From an uncultured Acidimicrobiaceae bacterium (GTDB lineage: Bacteria > Actinomycetota > Acidimicrobiia > Spongiisociales > UBA5794), in assembly GCA_964596225.1 (NCBI GenBank), contig CAZQUB010000002.1:1-57421 (forward strand): DNA of 57,421 nucleotides, given 5' to 3'. The notes below the pieces were generated by a model. The model was given only the letters and a program-made list of their open reading frames with translations, was not told where the DNA came from and did not search any database. The first letter of the stretch is position 1, and the number at the start of each line of letters is the position of its first letter. Position numbers and translations under genes: made by a program. This document shows, in pieces, positions 38,532 to 49,341 of this stretch.

Positions 38532-39263
38532 GTGTGGATTCCCATGGCGCGGGCACCAGCTGCCGAGTACGACCCGCTGGCGTCGCTCAGGGTCGGGACG
38601 ATCCTGACGGCGGTGCTCGGTGTGCTCTCGGTTGCCATGCTGGTGGCGATGGCGCTGCCCGGGGGTCGGGAGGCCATGGGAGAACTCGACGAGGTCTGGA
38701 TCGACTGGATGACCAACCTGCGGTGGGCGCCCCTGGTACGGGTGTCGCGGGTCCTCGACGTCATCGGGTCGGGGCTCGTGCTGTGGCCGGTGCGGATCAT
38801 GGTGGCGGCGTGGCTGGGGTGGCGCCGTCGCCGGCGTGCCCTGACGATCTGGGTCGCCGCCGCGGTGGTGTCGGAGGTCGCCATCGGCCTGCTCAAGGCC
38901 GGGTACGCCCGGGCTCGTCCCCCTGATCCGCTGGTGTCCACCTCCGGGTACTCGTTCCCTTCGGGTCACGCCGTGGCCACCGCCGTCATCGTGGTCGCCC
39001 TCGTCCTCGTGTGCATCCCCCCGGGGCGGGCGCGGCACCCGTGGGAGATCGCGGCGGCGGGGTTCGCGGTCTGCATGGCTGTGAGCCGCACCATCCTCGG
39101 TGCTCACTGGATCACCGACGCAGTGGCCGGCACCGTGATCGGGATGGCGGTGACGATCGGCGCCGCCGTGGTGGTGCAGCGGTGGGGGACCCGGGCATCG
39201 CCGGCTGCTTCGATCGAGCCCGTTCCGGCCGCGGCGACTGCGGAGCGGCCGGTCCGGGAATGA
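38532..39263 (+). CDS. PAP2-family lipid phosphatase
   Basis: 243 aa. All three acid-phosphatase motifs are intact: KAGYARARP (Kx6RP), PSGH, SRTILGAHWITD (SRx5Hx3D). An alternative ATG lies at 38544. Confidence 0.88.
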   Translation: MWIPMARAPAAEYDPLASLRVGTILTAVLGVLSVAMLVAMALPGGREAMGELDEVWIDWMTNLRWAPLVRVSRVLDVIGSGLVLWPVRIMVAAWLGWRRRRRALTIWVAAAVVSEVAIGLLKAGYARARPPDPLVSTSGYSFPSGHAVATAVIVVALVLVCIPPGRARHPWEIAAAGFAVCMAVSRTILGAHWITDAVAGTVIGMAVTIGAAVVVQRWGTRASPAASIEPVPAAATAERPVRE

Positions 39264-39333
39264 GCCGCACGGTCCGGGTTGTCGCCGACCACCGTGCCGC
39301 GCAACAATCTGGCCCAATCCACGGGGCAGAGCG

Positions 39334-41097
39334 ATGAGCAGCATCGAGCGCAAGTCAACCCAATCCCTCGAGGAGATCGAGCTCGGCCCCCGTGTCGCCT
39401 CGGCGTTGGCCGGGATCGGCGAGCGCCGCGAGATCAAGCTGGCGGGATTCCGTCTGGTGGGGCGTCGCCGCCGGCCGTCGGGTACGCCGCCCCCGTTGCC
39501 TCATCCCCTGTACACCAGCGGCCGGGTCTGGCTCACGGTTGCCGCCCTCGTCATCGTGGTGTGGCTGACGATCTTCCTGTGGCCGGAGACCGAGAGCTGG
39601 TGGACGCGGCGGGATCACCAGATCCTTCGTTGGTTCGTCGACATCCGCAACGACGCGTTCACCGCCATCGCCCGCCGTGCCCAGTTCCTGCTCGAGGAAC
39701 GATCCATCCGGACGGTGCGGCTCGCCACGATCGCGGCGCTCATCGTGTTCCGCCGGTTCCGGCACCTCTTCGTCGGGCTCGCCGCCTTCCTCGGGTTCCG
39801 GCTCGTGATCGACGCCCTGATCTCGGAGATCGGGCGTCCCCGCCCCTACGTCGAGATCATCGGGAACTGGGTCGGGCCGTCGCATCCGGCGGCGATGATC
39901 GCCGCCCTCACGCTCACGCTGGTCGTGATCGGCTACTCGCTGTTCCCGGTTGGGCGGTGGCGGGACCGCTGGTTCGGTGCGGCGACCGCGCTGATCACCT
40001 TCCTCTCCCTGGTCGAGGTGTACCTCGGAGTGAACCACGTCACCGACGTGGTGTTCGGAGCGCTCTTCGGCGCCGCGGTGGGGGTCACCACGTTCCGGAT
40101 CTTCGTGCCCGACCAGTCGTTCCCGGTCCGCTACCGGAGCGGCAGCTCCGCTCACCTCGATATCACCGGACCGCGGGGCGTCGCGATCAAGGAGGCGGTG
40201 CGGGATCAGCTCGGCCTCGACATCCTCTCCATGAAACCGGTCGGACTGGCCGGATCGGCGGGTTCCACCCCGATCCGGTTGACGGTGGCCGGCGAGGACG
40301 GCAACGACGTGTACCTCTTCGCCAAGCTCTACGCCACCAGTCACCTCCGTTCCGACCGCTGGTACAAGATCGCCCGCCATGTGCTCTACGGGGCGCTGGA
40401 GGACGAGGTGCGGTTCACGTCGGTGAGCAGGCTCGTCGAGTTCGAGGACTACCTGCTTCGCGTCATGAAGGACGCCGGGATCCCCTCGGCGGCCTCGTTC
40501 GGGATCGTGGAGCTGACACCGGAGCGGGAGTACTTGATCGTGACGGAGTTCTTCCAGGGGGCCGTCGAACTCGGTGACGCCACCGTCAACGGCACCGTCA
40601 TCGACGGGGCGTTGCGAATCATCCGCCTCCTGTGGGACGCCAACCTGGCGCACCGTGACGTCAAACCCGCCAACGTCATGGTGCGCGACGACGAGGTGCT
40701 CCTCATCGACGTCGCGTTCGGCACGGTGCGGCCGACCCCGTGGCGGCAGGCGGTGGACCTCGCCAACATGATGCTCACCCTGGCCCTCCGTACCGACCCG
40801 GATGTGGTGTACCGCCGGGCGTTGCTCCAGTTCTCCCCCGACGACATCGCCGAGGCGTTCGCCGCCACCAAGGGGGTGACGATGCCGTCGCAGCTGCGGG
40901 CCGGGGTGCGAGACCGGTTGAAGGAGGACGGGATCGATCTCATCGCCGAGTTCCGTCGCTTGGCGCCGACCCGCGAGCCGATCGCCATCCAGCGCTGGAA
41001 CGCGGAACGGATCCGCCTCACCCTGGCGGTGGTGGTGGGTGCCGTCCTGCTTCTGAGTCTCACCATCGAGAACCTGCGTGGGGCAGGGTTCCTATGA
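39334..41097 (+). CDS. Fusion protein: degenerate PAP2-like membrane domain plus a protein/lipid-kinase-like domain plus a C-terminal TM helix
   Basis: 587 aa. The N-terminal TM region has PAP2-like but mutated motifs (EIGRPRP; PSHP; EVYLGVNHVTD, with Arg->Glu and His->Asn at catalytic positions). The C-terminal domain has LFAKLY (Lys), HRDVKPANVMV catalytic loop and LIDVAFG. Terminal TM LTLAVVVGAVLLLSLTI. Confidence 0.7.
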   Translation: MSSIERKSTQSLEEIELGPRVASALAGIGERREIKLAGFRLVGRRRRPSGTPPPLPHPLYTSGRVWLTVAALVIVVWLTIFLWPETESWWTRRDHQILRWFVDIRNDAFTAIARRAQFLLEERSIRTVRLATIAALIVFRRFRHLFVGLAAFLGFRLVIDALISEIGRPRPYVEIIGNWVGPSHPAAMIAALTLTLVVIGYSLFPVGRWRDRWFGAATALITFLSLVEVYLGVNHVTDVVFGALFGAAVGVTTFRIFVPDQSFPVRYRSGSSAHLDITGPRGVAIKEAVRDQLGLDILSMKPVGLAGSAGSTPIRLTVAGEDGNDVYLFAKLYATSHLRSDRWYKIARHVLYGALEDEVRFTSVSRLVEFEDYLLRVMKDAGIPSAASFGIVELTPEREYLIVTEFFQGAVELGDATVNGTVIDGALRIIRLLWDANLAHRDVKPANVMVRDDEVLLIDVAFGTVRPTPWRQAVDLANMMLTLALRTDPDVVYRRALLQFSPDDIAEAFAATKGVTMPSQLRAGVRDRLKEDGIDLIAEFRRLAPTREPIAIQRWNAERIRLTLAVVVGAVLLLSLTIENLRGAGFL

Positions 41098-41702
41098 GGC
41101 GCCGGGTCCGCATCGGGGTATTGGTTCTGCTCCTGGCCGCCACGTCCGGGTGCGCCGAGTCGGGCCTCGGCCTGGGGGAGCCGCGCTGCGTCGGTGGCGG
41201 GTCGGCGATCGTCCTCGAGCTGCAGGCGGTGCCGTCTGCCGAACTGGTGCCCTGCTACGACGAACTCGAGCCGGGATGGGAACTGGCGGAGTTCGTTGCC
41301 CGCAACGGATCGGCCCGGTTCGTGCTCGACTCCGACCGGGACGGGCCTCGCTTCCTCGAGGTGGAGGTGAGCGAGTCCTGTGACGTGAGCGAGGCCACCC
41401 CGGTGCCGGCCGGCCGCGACCCCCGGCTCCCACTGGCGAGCGACCGCAACGGGGTGGAGCGGTTCGTGGCGGTGGAGGAGGCGATCCCGTCGAAGGTCGG
41501 TGAGGCCGGCTACTACCGCGGCTCGTGGTTCTTCCGCTTCGACGGGGGATGCGTCACCTACCGGTTCGACGCCAGCGGATCGACCGTCGAAACGGTGCCC
41601 GACGAGGTGGCGGAGGCGATGGGGTGGATCAGTAGGCGGATCTACGCCGACATCCTCCACGCCGACTATGGCGCCGACTACTACACCGGAGGCGACGGCT
41701 GA
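41094..41702 (+). CDS. Hypothetical lipoprotein
   Basis: 202 aa from ATG 41094 (ATGA overlap with the upstream fusion gene). Lipobox LLLAATSGC. Four further Cys residues. Confidence 0.65.
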   Translation: MRRRVRIGVLVLLLAATSGCAESGLGLGEPRCVGGGSAIVLELQAVPSAELVPCYDELEPGWELAEFVARNGSARFVLDSDRDGPRFLEVEVSESCDVSEATPVPAGRDPRLPLASDRNGVERFVAVEEAIPSKVGEAGYYRGSWFFRFDGGCVTYRFDASGSTVETVPDEVAEAMGWISRRIYADILHADYGADYYTGGDG

Positions 41703-41709
41703 CGGTGGG

Positions 41710-43086
41710 TCACGTCCCCTGGTAGGCGGCGGTCGCTTCCTGCTCGAGCCGCTCCAGGATCTGATCGACGTCGTCGGGGTTGGCGAGCCAATCCTGGAGA
41801 CGCCCCCAGATCCCGGCGTCGCGGGTCGATCCGAGGGCGGCCGGGACCAGGTCGGAGAGATCGAAGCGGAACTCGTTGGCGAAGGCGAGGGCGAAGGCGC
41901 TGGCCCTGGTGACGTCGCTCGGGTATGCCTCGGGTGCCACGTGCCGGTTCGGGGACGAGAATCCCCCGAGCGCCGCCCAGATCTCGGCCGCTTCAGGGGT
42001 GGCGAGGTACGCCATGAGGGCTGCCGCCCCCGGGTTGTCGCGAAGCTGCACGGCGAGGTCACCGCCGCCGACGACGGAGCGGGGGGACTCGTCGATGGTG
42101 GGGAACTCGAAGAAGCTGAATCCCTCGCCGGGCTCGGCACCAGTCTCGCTCTCGATGAACCCGGCGACGAAGTCCCCTTCGAAGACCATGGCGGCTTCCG
42201 GTGCGTCGCCGAAGACCATGGCGATCGATTCCTGGAAGGTGACCTGGGCGGCGCCGGCCCGGCCGCGCGCCACGTTCTCGTCGGTGAGGATCGTTCCGAG
42301 CAGGGTGAGGGCCTCCTTCACGGAAGGGTCGGTCCATGGGATCTCGTGATTGGTGAGCTGGTCGTACCGGTCCGGTCCGGCGGTGTGCAGGTAGACGTTC
42401 TCGAACCAGTCGGAGAGCACCCACCCGTCGGCGCCTGCCAGGGCGAGCGGAGTGATCCCGGCCTCATTCAGCGTGGCGTTGAGCGCGATCCATTGTTCCC
42501 AGTCGAGGGGTGGTTCGATGCCGTACTCCTCGAAGCGATCGGCGTCGTACCACACCGTCGACTTGTTGGCCGCCTTGAAGAACACCGCATAGAGGGTTCC
42601 GTCGACGGAGCCGAGGTCACGCCACACCGGGGCGAAGTTCTCGTCGACGAGGGCGCCGGCCGCCTCCTCGATGGGCACCGCGGCGCCGGCGGCGACGAGA
42701 TCCTGGAGCAACCCGGGGGTAGGGAAGAGGGCGACATCCGGCGGGTCCCCGTCCGCGACGTCTTGGCGCAGCACCGATGGCAGGTCACGTTCGATCCCGT
42801 AGTACTCGACGGTGACGCCGCTGTCGGAGGTGAAGCCATCGAGCACCTGCTGGAAGGCCGCCTGCTCGTCGTCGATCCACGACCCCATGACACGGATCGT
42901 GTCCGGGACCGCGGTGGTGGTGGAGGAGGTGGTGGAGGAGGTGGTGGTGGAGGAGCAGGAGGCGGCGACGAGCGCCAGCAGGCACCCTCCCAGCAGGGCG
43001 CGACCGAGGCTCGAGCCACGGGAACGGGCGGGACACACGCCACGACCGTAACGGCCCGGCTCCGGTGCGGCGGATGAGTCGTTCAT
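41710..43086 (-). CDS. ABC transporter extracellular solute-binding protein (family 1, sugar type), lipoprotein
   Basis: 458 aa. Lipobox LVAASCSS, Ser/Thr linker, SBP_bac_1-like body. No permease or ATPase genes adjacent. Confidence 0.8.
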   Translation of the reverse strand: MNDSSAAPEPGRYGRGVCPARSRGSSLGRALLGGCLLALVAASCSSTTTSSTTSSTTTAVPDTIRVMGSWIDDEQAAFQQVLDGFTSDSGVTVEYYGIERDLPSVLRQDVADGDPPDVALFPTPGLLQDLVAAGAAVPIEEAAGALVDENFAPVWRDLGSVDGTLYAVFFKAANKSTVWYDADRFEEYGIEPPLDWEQWIALNATLNEAGITPLALAGADGWVLSDWFENVYLHTAGPDRYDQLTNHEIPWTDPSVKEALTLLGTILTDENVARGRAGAAQVTFQESIAMVFGDAPEAAMVFEGDFVAGFIESETGAEPGEGFSFFEFPTIDESPRSVVGGGDLAVQLRDNPGAAALMAYLATPEAAEIWAALGGFSSPNRHVAPEAYPSDVTRASAFALAFANEFRFDLSDLVPAALGSTRDAGIWGRLQDWLANPDDVDQILERLEQEATAAYQGT

Positions 43087-43119
43087 CAGTGAGCCCTCGG
43101 GGGCCGTACCGCCAAGGCT

Positions 43120-44922
<1,803 letters not shown>

Positions 44923-45035
44923 CGCTTCCTCCGAGTGGCGGTCCGGTGCTCCACGGTACACGTTTGGGCCGTGCCGCTCCCGGGAGAACGGCATTGGAGT
45001 TGACCGGGGAGAGCGGGCGTGGCGGGGAGGGGCCG

Positions 45036-45527
45036 CTACTCGTCCGATCCGGTCTCGGCCACCCGCCGCAGCAACCGGGGGCCATCGAGGGCGGAGACAT
45101 AGGGCAGCACGTCGTCGACGGTGTCGAGCACGTAGTCGGTGAGCTGGTCGCACACCACCTCGTGGAGTTCCTCACGGGTCCACGGCTTGGCGATGTAGTG
45201 GTCGAGGCCCGCTTCGTTGATGGCCCGGATGGTGTCTTCGTGACCGGCCTGGCCGGTGAGGAGCACCTTGCGGATGGAGTGGGTGGAGGGGTCGTGGTGG
45301 AGTTGGATCAGGTAGTCGGTGCCCTGAGTCCCGGGGAGGAGATGGTCGGCGAGGATGAGCGCCACCTCGTCACCGCGCGCCACGACGTCGGCGAACACAC
45401 TGCGGGCGTCGTCGACGTCCTCAGCCACCTCGACGAGGAACAACGGCTCGAATGCTTCGAGGTCTCGGGCGATCGCCTGGCGCACCTCGGGCTCGTCCTC
45501 GATGCACAGGATGACGAGTCGGTTCAC
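45036..45527 (-). CDS. Single-domain response regulator (REC) with a ~40-aa C-terminal extension
   Basis: 163 aa from GTG 45527 (GGAGG RBS; GTGA overlap with the kinase stop). CIEDEP, LILADHLLPG (phospho-Asp), LLTGQA, YIAKPW. Confidence 0.85.
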   Translation of the reverse strand: MNRLVILCIEDEPEVRQAIARDLEAFEPLFLVEVAEDVDDARSVFADVVARGDEVALILADHLLPGTQGTDYLIQLHHDPSTHSIRKVLLTGQAGHEDTIRAINEAGLDHYIAKPWTREELHEVVCDQLTDYVLDTVDDVLPYVSALDGPRLLRRVAETGSDE

Positions 45528-47551
45528 TGGTGACCTCCGTTGCGCTCGAGGGGGGACGGGGCCGGTGCCGCCGACTTGGCTGCGGGGAGCCGGACGGTGA
45601 AGGTCGTGTTCCCGGGGACCGATTCGGCCCGGATCGTTCCCCCGTGACGGACGATGATGTCTTTGACGATCTGGAGCCCGAGCCCGAGCCCGAACTCGAC
45701 CCTGCCCGACTTGGTGGTGAAGGTGGCCTCGAAGATCTTCGACAGGTCGCTGCGGGCGATGCCGGTGCCGTTGTCGGTGATGGTGACCTCGACCTCGTCG
45801 GGCTGGGGCGCCGACACCGCGATGCGGAGGACGGGACGGTCCTGCATCGCCTGGATGGCGTTGGTGATGAGGTTGGTCCACACCTGGTCGAGGTCGCCGG
45901 GCGACCCGGCGATGGGGGGAACGTCGTCGGCGTAGTCGCGCTCCACGGTGACGTGGCGGAGGTCGTGGCCGAGCAGCAGCAGGGTCTCCTCGATGCCCTC
46001 GCGGACATCGAAGGCGTCGACCCGCTCGTGGCCGCTCCGGGCGTAGGAGCGGAGGCTGCCGACGAGGCGGACGATGCGGGCGGCGGCGGTGTCGATGCTG
46101 CGCAGCGAGGCCCCGATGCGGTGGTACAGCTCGAGGCGGTCGAGGCGCCTCTCCGGATCGGCGACACCGTCAAAGGCCGCGTGGTACGCCTCGACGCTGT
46201 CGATGCCGATCCGGACCAGCCGCTTGGCGGTGGCTTCGTCGCCGATGGCGCCGGCGAGACTCTCGCGTCGTTGCCGTTCGACCCGGGTGGAGAGCGCTTC
46301 GGTCTCGCGGGCGACCCGGAGCGCCTCGGCGAGTTGGGCGCCGTCGACGAGGTCGGCGGCGAGGGCGGCGACGTCTTCTCCCAGGAAGTCGGTGGCGCGG
46401 CTGATGGCGGCGGCGGGGTTGTTGAGTTCGTGGCCGACCCCGGCGGCGAGCTGACCGAGGGTGGCCAGTTTCTCGGATTCGACGAGGCGGGACCGGGCCC
46501 GGCCGAGCCGGTCGATGGCGTCGGCCAGCTCGTCGCGTTCCTGGACGAGATCGTGGGCGAGGCTGTCGACCTGGAGGCGGGTCTCGACGCTGCGGAGGTT
46601 GCGGCGCGCCATCGATCGCAGGAGCACCGTGACGAAGTGGATCGCCAGGGTGGGGCTGGTCTGGAGGGCGGTGTCGAGCTGTTCGAGGGTGAGGGTGATG
46701 AAGGTGGTTTCGTCGATGGCGACGACGTTGAAGAAGGCGACGGAGTCGTTGCCGGCGACGGCGTTGAGGCCGATGATCCGGCCCGCGGTCCGGGAGTGGA
46801 AGCCGATGACGCGGTCGTCGACGTCGAGGGTGAGACGGACCCGCCCCGCCACCACGATGTGGATGCCGTCGACCCGGTCGCCCTCGCGCAGGATCATGGT
46901 GCCGGCGGGGACGGTGTGGCGCGGCGGAGTGTCGAGGGCCCGGTCGATCTCGGTGATCATGAGGTGCTCGACTTCGTCGTCGGAGAGGGACCGGTCGTCG
47001 AGGAACGACCGTTGCAGGCGGCGCAGGGTGCGGTCGGCCTCCCGGCGCTGCTCCTCGGCTTCGACAAAGGCGTGCGACAGCACGTCGACGTCGACGACTT
47101 CGGTCATCTCGTCGACCTGCTCGGGCGCTTGCTCGACGAAGAACTCGGTGACGAGTCGGACCACCATGGCGCGGAGCTGGCTCTCACCCCAGGGTTTGGC
47201 GAGGGTGGCGTCGAGGGCACGGCTGCGTACGATCCGGTCGAGGCCGGCTTCTTCGTGACGGTCGGCCATCAGCACCTTGCGGGTGGCGCGCAGAGGCCCT
47301 CGCTCGTTACAGGCGATGAGGATGTCGACGCCGGAGGCCCCGCCGAGGTCCTGGTCGACGATGACCAGCGGGATCCGCTTGCCGTCATGGGCGGCTTCCT
47401 CGGCGGCGGCGACGAGATCGGTGCGGTTGCCGACCGCGATCACGGTGAACGCTCCCTCGGCGATGGTGGTCAGGTCACCGGCGAGGCGCTCGAGCATTGC
47501 GGGGTCGTCGTCGGCGATGATCACCACCGCCTGGCTCGTCTCGTTGCTCAT
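45524..47551 (-). CDS. Soluble hybrid sensor histidine kinase: N-terminal REC, cNMP-binding-like domain, HisKA, HATPase_c
   Basis: 675 aa from ATG 47551. REC (IIADDDP, LVIVDQDL, LAKPW), CAP-effector-like domain (ILREGDRVDGIHIVVAGRVRL), H-box LAAGVGHELNNP, N/G boxes (NLITNAIQAM, DNGTGI, GLGLGLQIV). No TM segments. The 861-aa track ORF over-extends. Confidence 0.85.
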   Translation of the reverse strand: MSNETSQAVVIIADDDPAMLERLAGDLTTIAEGAFTVIAVGNRTDLVAAAEEAAHDGKRIPLVIVDQDLGGASGVDILIACNERGPLRATRKVLMADRHEEAGLDRIVRSRALDATLAKPWGESQLRAMVVRLVTEFFVEQAPEQVDEMTEVVDVDVLSHAFVEAEEQRREADRTLRRLQRSFLDDRSLSDDEVEHLMITEIDRALDTPPRHTVPAGTMILREGDRVDGIHIVVAGRVRLTLDVDDRVIGFHSRTAGRIIGLNAVAGNDSVAFFNVVAIDETTFITLTLEQLDTALQTSPTLAIHFVTVLLRSMARRNLRSVETRLQVDSLAHDLVQERDELADAIDRLGRARSRLVESEKLATLGQLAAGVGHELNNPAAAISRATDFLGEDVAALAADLVDGAQLAEALRVARETEALSTRVERQRRESLAGAIGDEATAKRLVRIGIDSVEAYHAAFDGVADPERRLDRLELYHRIGASLRSIDTAAARIVRLVGSLRSYARSGHERVDAFDVREGIEETLLLLGHDLRHVTVERDYADDVPPIAGSPGDLDQVWTNLITNAIQAMQDRPVLRIAVSAPQPDEVEVTITDNGTGIARSDLSKIFEATFTTKSGRVEFGLGLGLQIVKDIIVRHGGTIRAESVPGNTTFTVRLPAAKSAAPAPSPLERNGGHQ

Positions 47552-48975
47552 CACGTCACCCCCAAGGCCGACCACAGCACCGGGGCGATCACGAGGAACA
47601 GGGCGAGCCCGATGGCGCCGACGATGGCGCCTATGGCCGCCATGTCCTTGGTGGTGACCATGCCGGAGGAGTAGGCGATGGCGTTCGGTGGCGTCGAGAT
47701 GGGGAGTGCCATGGCGAGGGATGCGCCGATGGCGATGATGAACCCGACGAGCAACGGGTCGACGTTGACGGCGCCGCTCACGGTGAGGCTGATGCCGAGC
47801 GGGACCAGCAGGTTGGCGGCGGCGCTGTTGGAGATGACGGTGGAGAGGCTGATCGCCACCAGGGCGAAGGCGGCGGTCACCAGCGCCGGCCCGATCGACT
47901 CCCACGAGACGAGGCCGATGAGCCAGGTGTCGAGCCCGGAGGAGGCGACGCCGAGGCCGAGCGCGATGCCGCCTGCGACGAGCCACAGCACGTGCCATTG
48001 GATGGCTTGGAGGTCGCGGGCCGAGAACACCTGGGTGCTGAGCAGCACCACGACCGGGAGGAAGCCGACCACGTTGGAGCTGACGCCGTGGATTGCCTCG
48101 GTGAGCCACAGCAGCACGGTGACGACGAAGGTGACGTAGAAGATGATGGCGGGCCGGGACGTGTCGAATGTCTCATCGATCTGGACGTGAATCGAGCGGG
48201 TATCGGAGCGGAAGATTCGTCCCAATACCAACCAGGCGAGGAACAGGAGGACGAGGGCGGCGGGGATTGCCATCAGCATCCATTTACCGAAGCTGACCCG
48301 GATTCCGGCAGAGGCGAGCTGGCCGATGGCGATGGCGTTGGGTGGGGTCCCCACGGGGGTCCCGATCCCGCCGATATTGGCGGCGATGGGGATGGCGAGC
48401 ACGAACCCGATACGGAGGCGGTCGTCGTGGGCGAGCCCGGCGACGACCGGAAGCACGACCGCCATCATGGTGGCGGTGGTGGCGGTGTTCGACATGAACA
48501 TGGAGAAAACCGCGGTGATGAGCATGAGGCCGAGCATGATGCGGTGGGGTGAGGTTCCGAAGGGGCGGAGCAGGACCCGCGCCATGGCCCGGTCGAGGCG
48601 GAATTTGGATGCTCCTTCTGCGAGGAAGAAGCCCCCGAGGAAGAGCATGAGGACGGGGTGGGCGAGGGTGGCGAAATAGGAGCTGTAGGGGAGGGGGTTG
48701 GCGTCGGCGGGAAGACCGACGAGGGCCTCGTTGGACACCATCAGGATCTCGAGGGCGATGATGAGAGCCGCAGTGGCGTGGAGGGGGATGGCCTCGGTGA
48801 CCCAGAGCACGATCGCCATGAGGAAGATGGCGAAGACCCGGTGACCGGCCTCGGAGAGACCGTTGAAGTGGAACACGAACGGGATCGCCAGGGCCACCAT
48901 GGCGGCGGCGAGGCCGGTGGTCCGGGTGGTGAATCTCACGGGAAGACGCCGTCGGGGGTGTTGGGTGATCGTCAT
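47551..48975 (-). CDS. DASS/SLC13-family (divalent anion:Na+ symporter-like) permease
   Basis: 474 aa from ATG 48975. Polytopic, with duplicated SNTAT/SNSAA hairpin motifs (FMSNTATTATMMAVVLPV; VISNSAAANLLVPLG). Its stop overlaps the kinase start by 1 nt. Confidence 0.82.
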   Translation of the reverse strand: MTITQHPRRRLPVRFTTRTTGLAAAMVALAIPFVFHFNGLSEAGHRVFAIFLMAIVLWVTEAIPLHATAALIIALEILMVSNEALVGLPADANPLPYSSYFATLAHPVLMLFLGGFFLAEGASKFRLDRAMARVLLRPFGTSPHRIMLGLMLITAVFSMFMSNTATTATMMAVVLPVVAGLAHDDRLRIGFVLAIPIAANIGGIGTPVGTPPNAIAIGQLASAGIRVSFGKWMLMAIPAALVLLFLAWLVLGRIFRSDTRSIHVQIDETFDTSRPAIIFYVTFVVTVLLWLTEAIHGVSSNVVGFLPVVVLLSTQVFSARDLQAIQWHVLWLVAGGIALGLGVASSGLDTWLIGLVSWESIGPALVTAAFALVAISLSTVISNSAAANLLVPLGISLTVSGAVNVDPLLVGFIIAIGASLAMALPISTPPNAIAYSSGMVTTKDMAAIGAIVGAIGLALFLVIAPVLWSALGVT

Positions 48976-49142
48976 GGCTCCTCGAGAGTCATCGAGAAGA
49001 GGCAGCAGCGTCGCGAGCGTCACAGCATAGGACCTGCTCGGAGAGCCTCGAACCCTCGGCACGGAACGGCGGGGGAGATACGACGGCGCGGCGACGGCCC
49101 GTCACGTGGGCGCTCCCGCCCGTTGTGGGATGGTGATTCCGC

Positions 49143-49283
49143 TCAGGCGGCCGACGGCAGTGTCACCGGACGGCACAGCGCGCAGGCCGGGTCGGGGCAG
49201 CGGGCCACGACGGTGAACGCGATGCCGGCCTCGGCGAGGAGGCGCTCCAGTTCGTGCGGGGAAGGCAGCTTCTCGGTCTTCAT
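49143..49283 (-). CDS. Possible small Cys-containing protein (46 aa)
   Basis: MKTEKLPSPHELERLLAEAGIAFTVVARCPDPACALCRPVTLPSAA. Strong G/C third-position bias, but no clear RBS and no recognised family. Confidence 0.25.
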   Translation of the reverse strand: MKTEKLPSPHELERLLAEAGIAFTVVARCPDPACALCRPVTLPSAA

Positions 49284-49341
49284 GGTGGCCACGCTATCGA
49301 CCGGCTGTGACAGGAAAGGACCCCGCAACCGGGAGGGCTCG

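Noticed and set aside
41500-43077. 525-aa plus-strand ORF containing a run of about 20 glycines
   Set aside because: The poly-Gly run is simply the reverse complement of the Ser/Thr-linker codons of the solute-binding lipoprotein gene on the minus strand. The rest of the ORF has no features.
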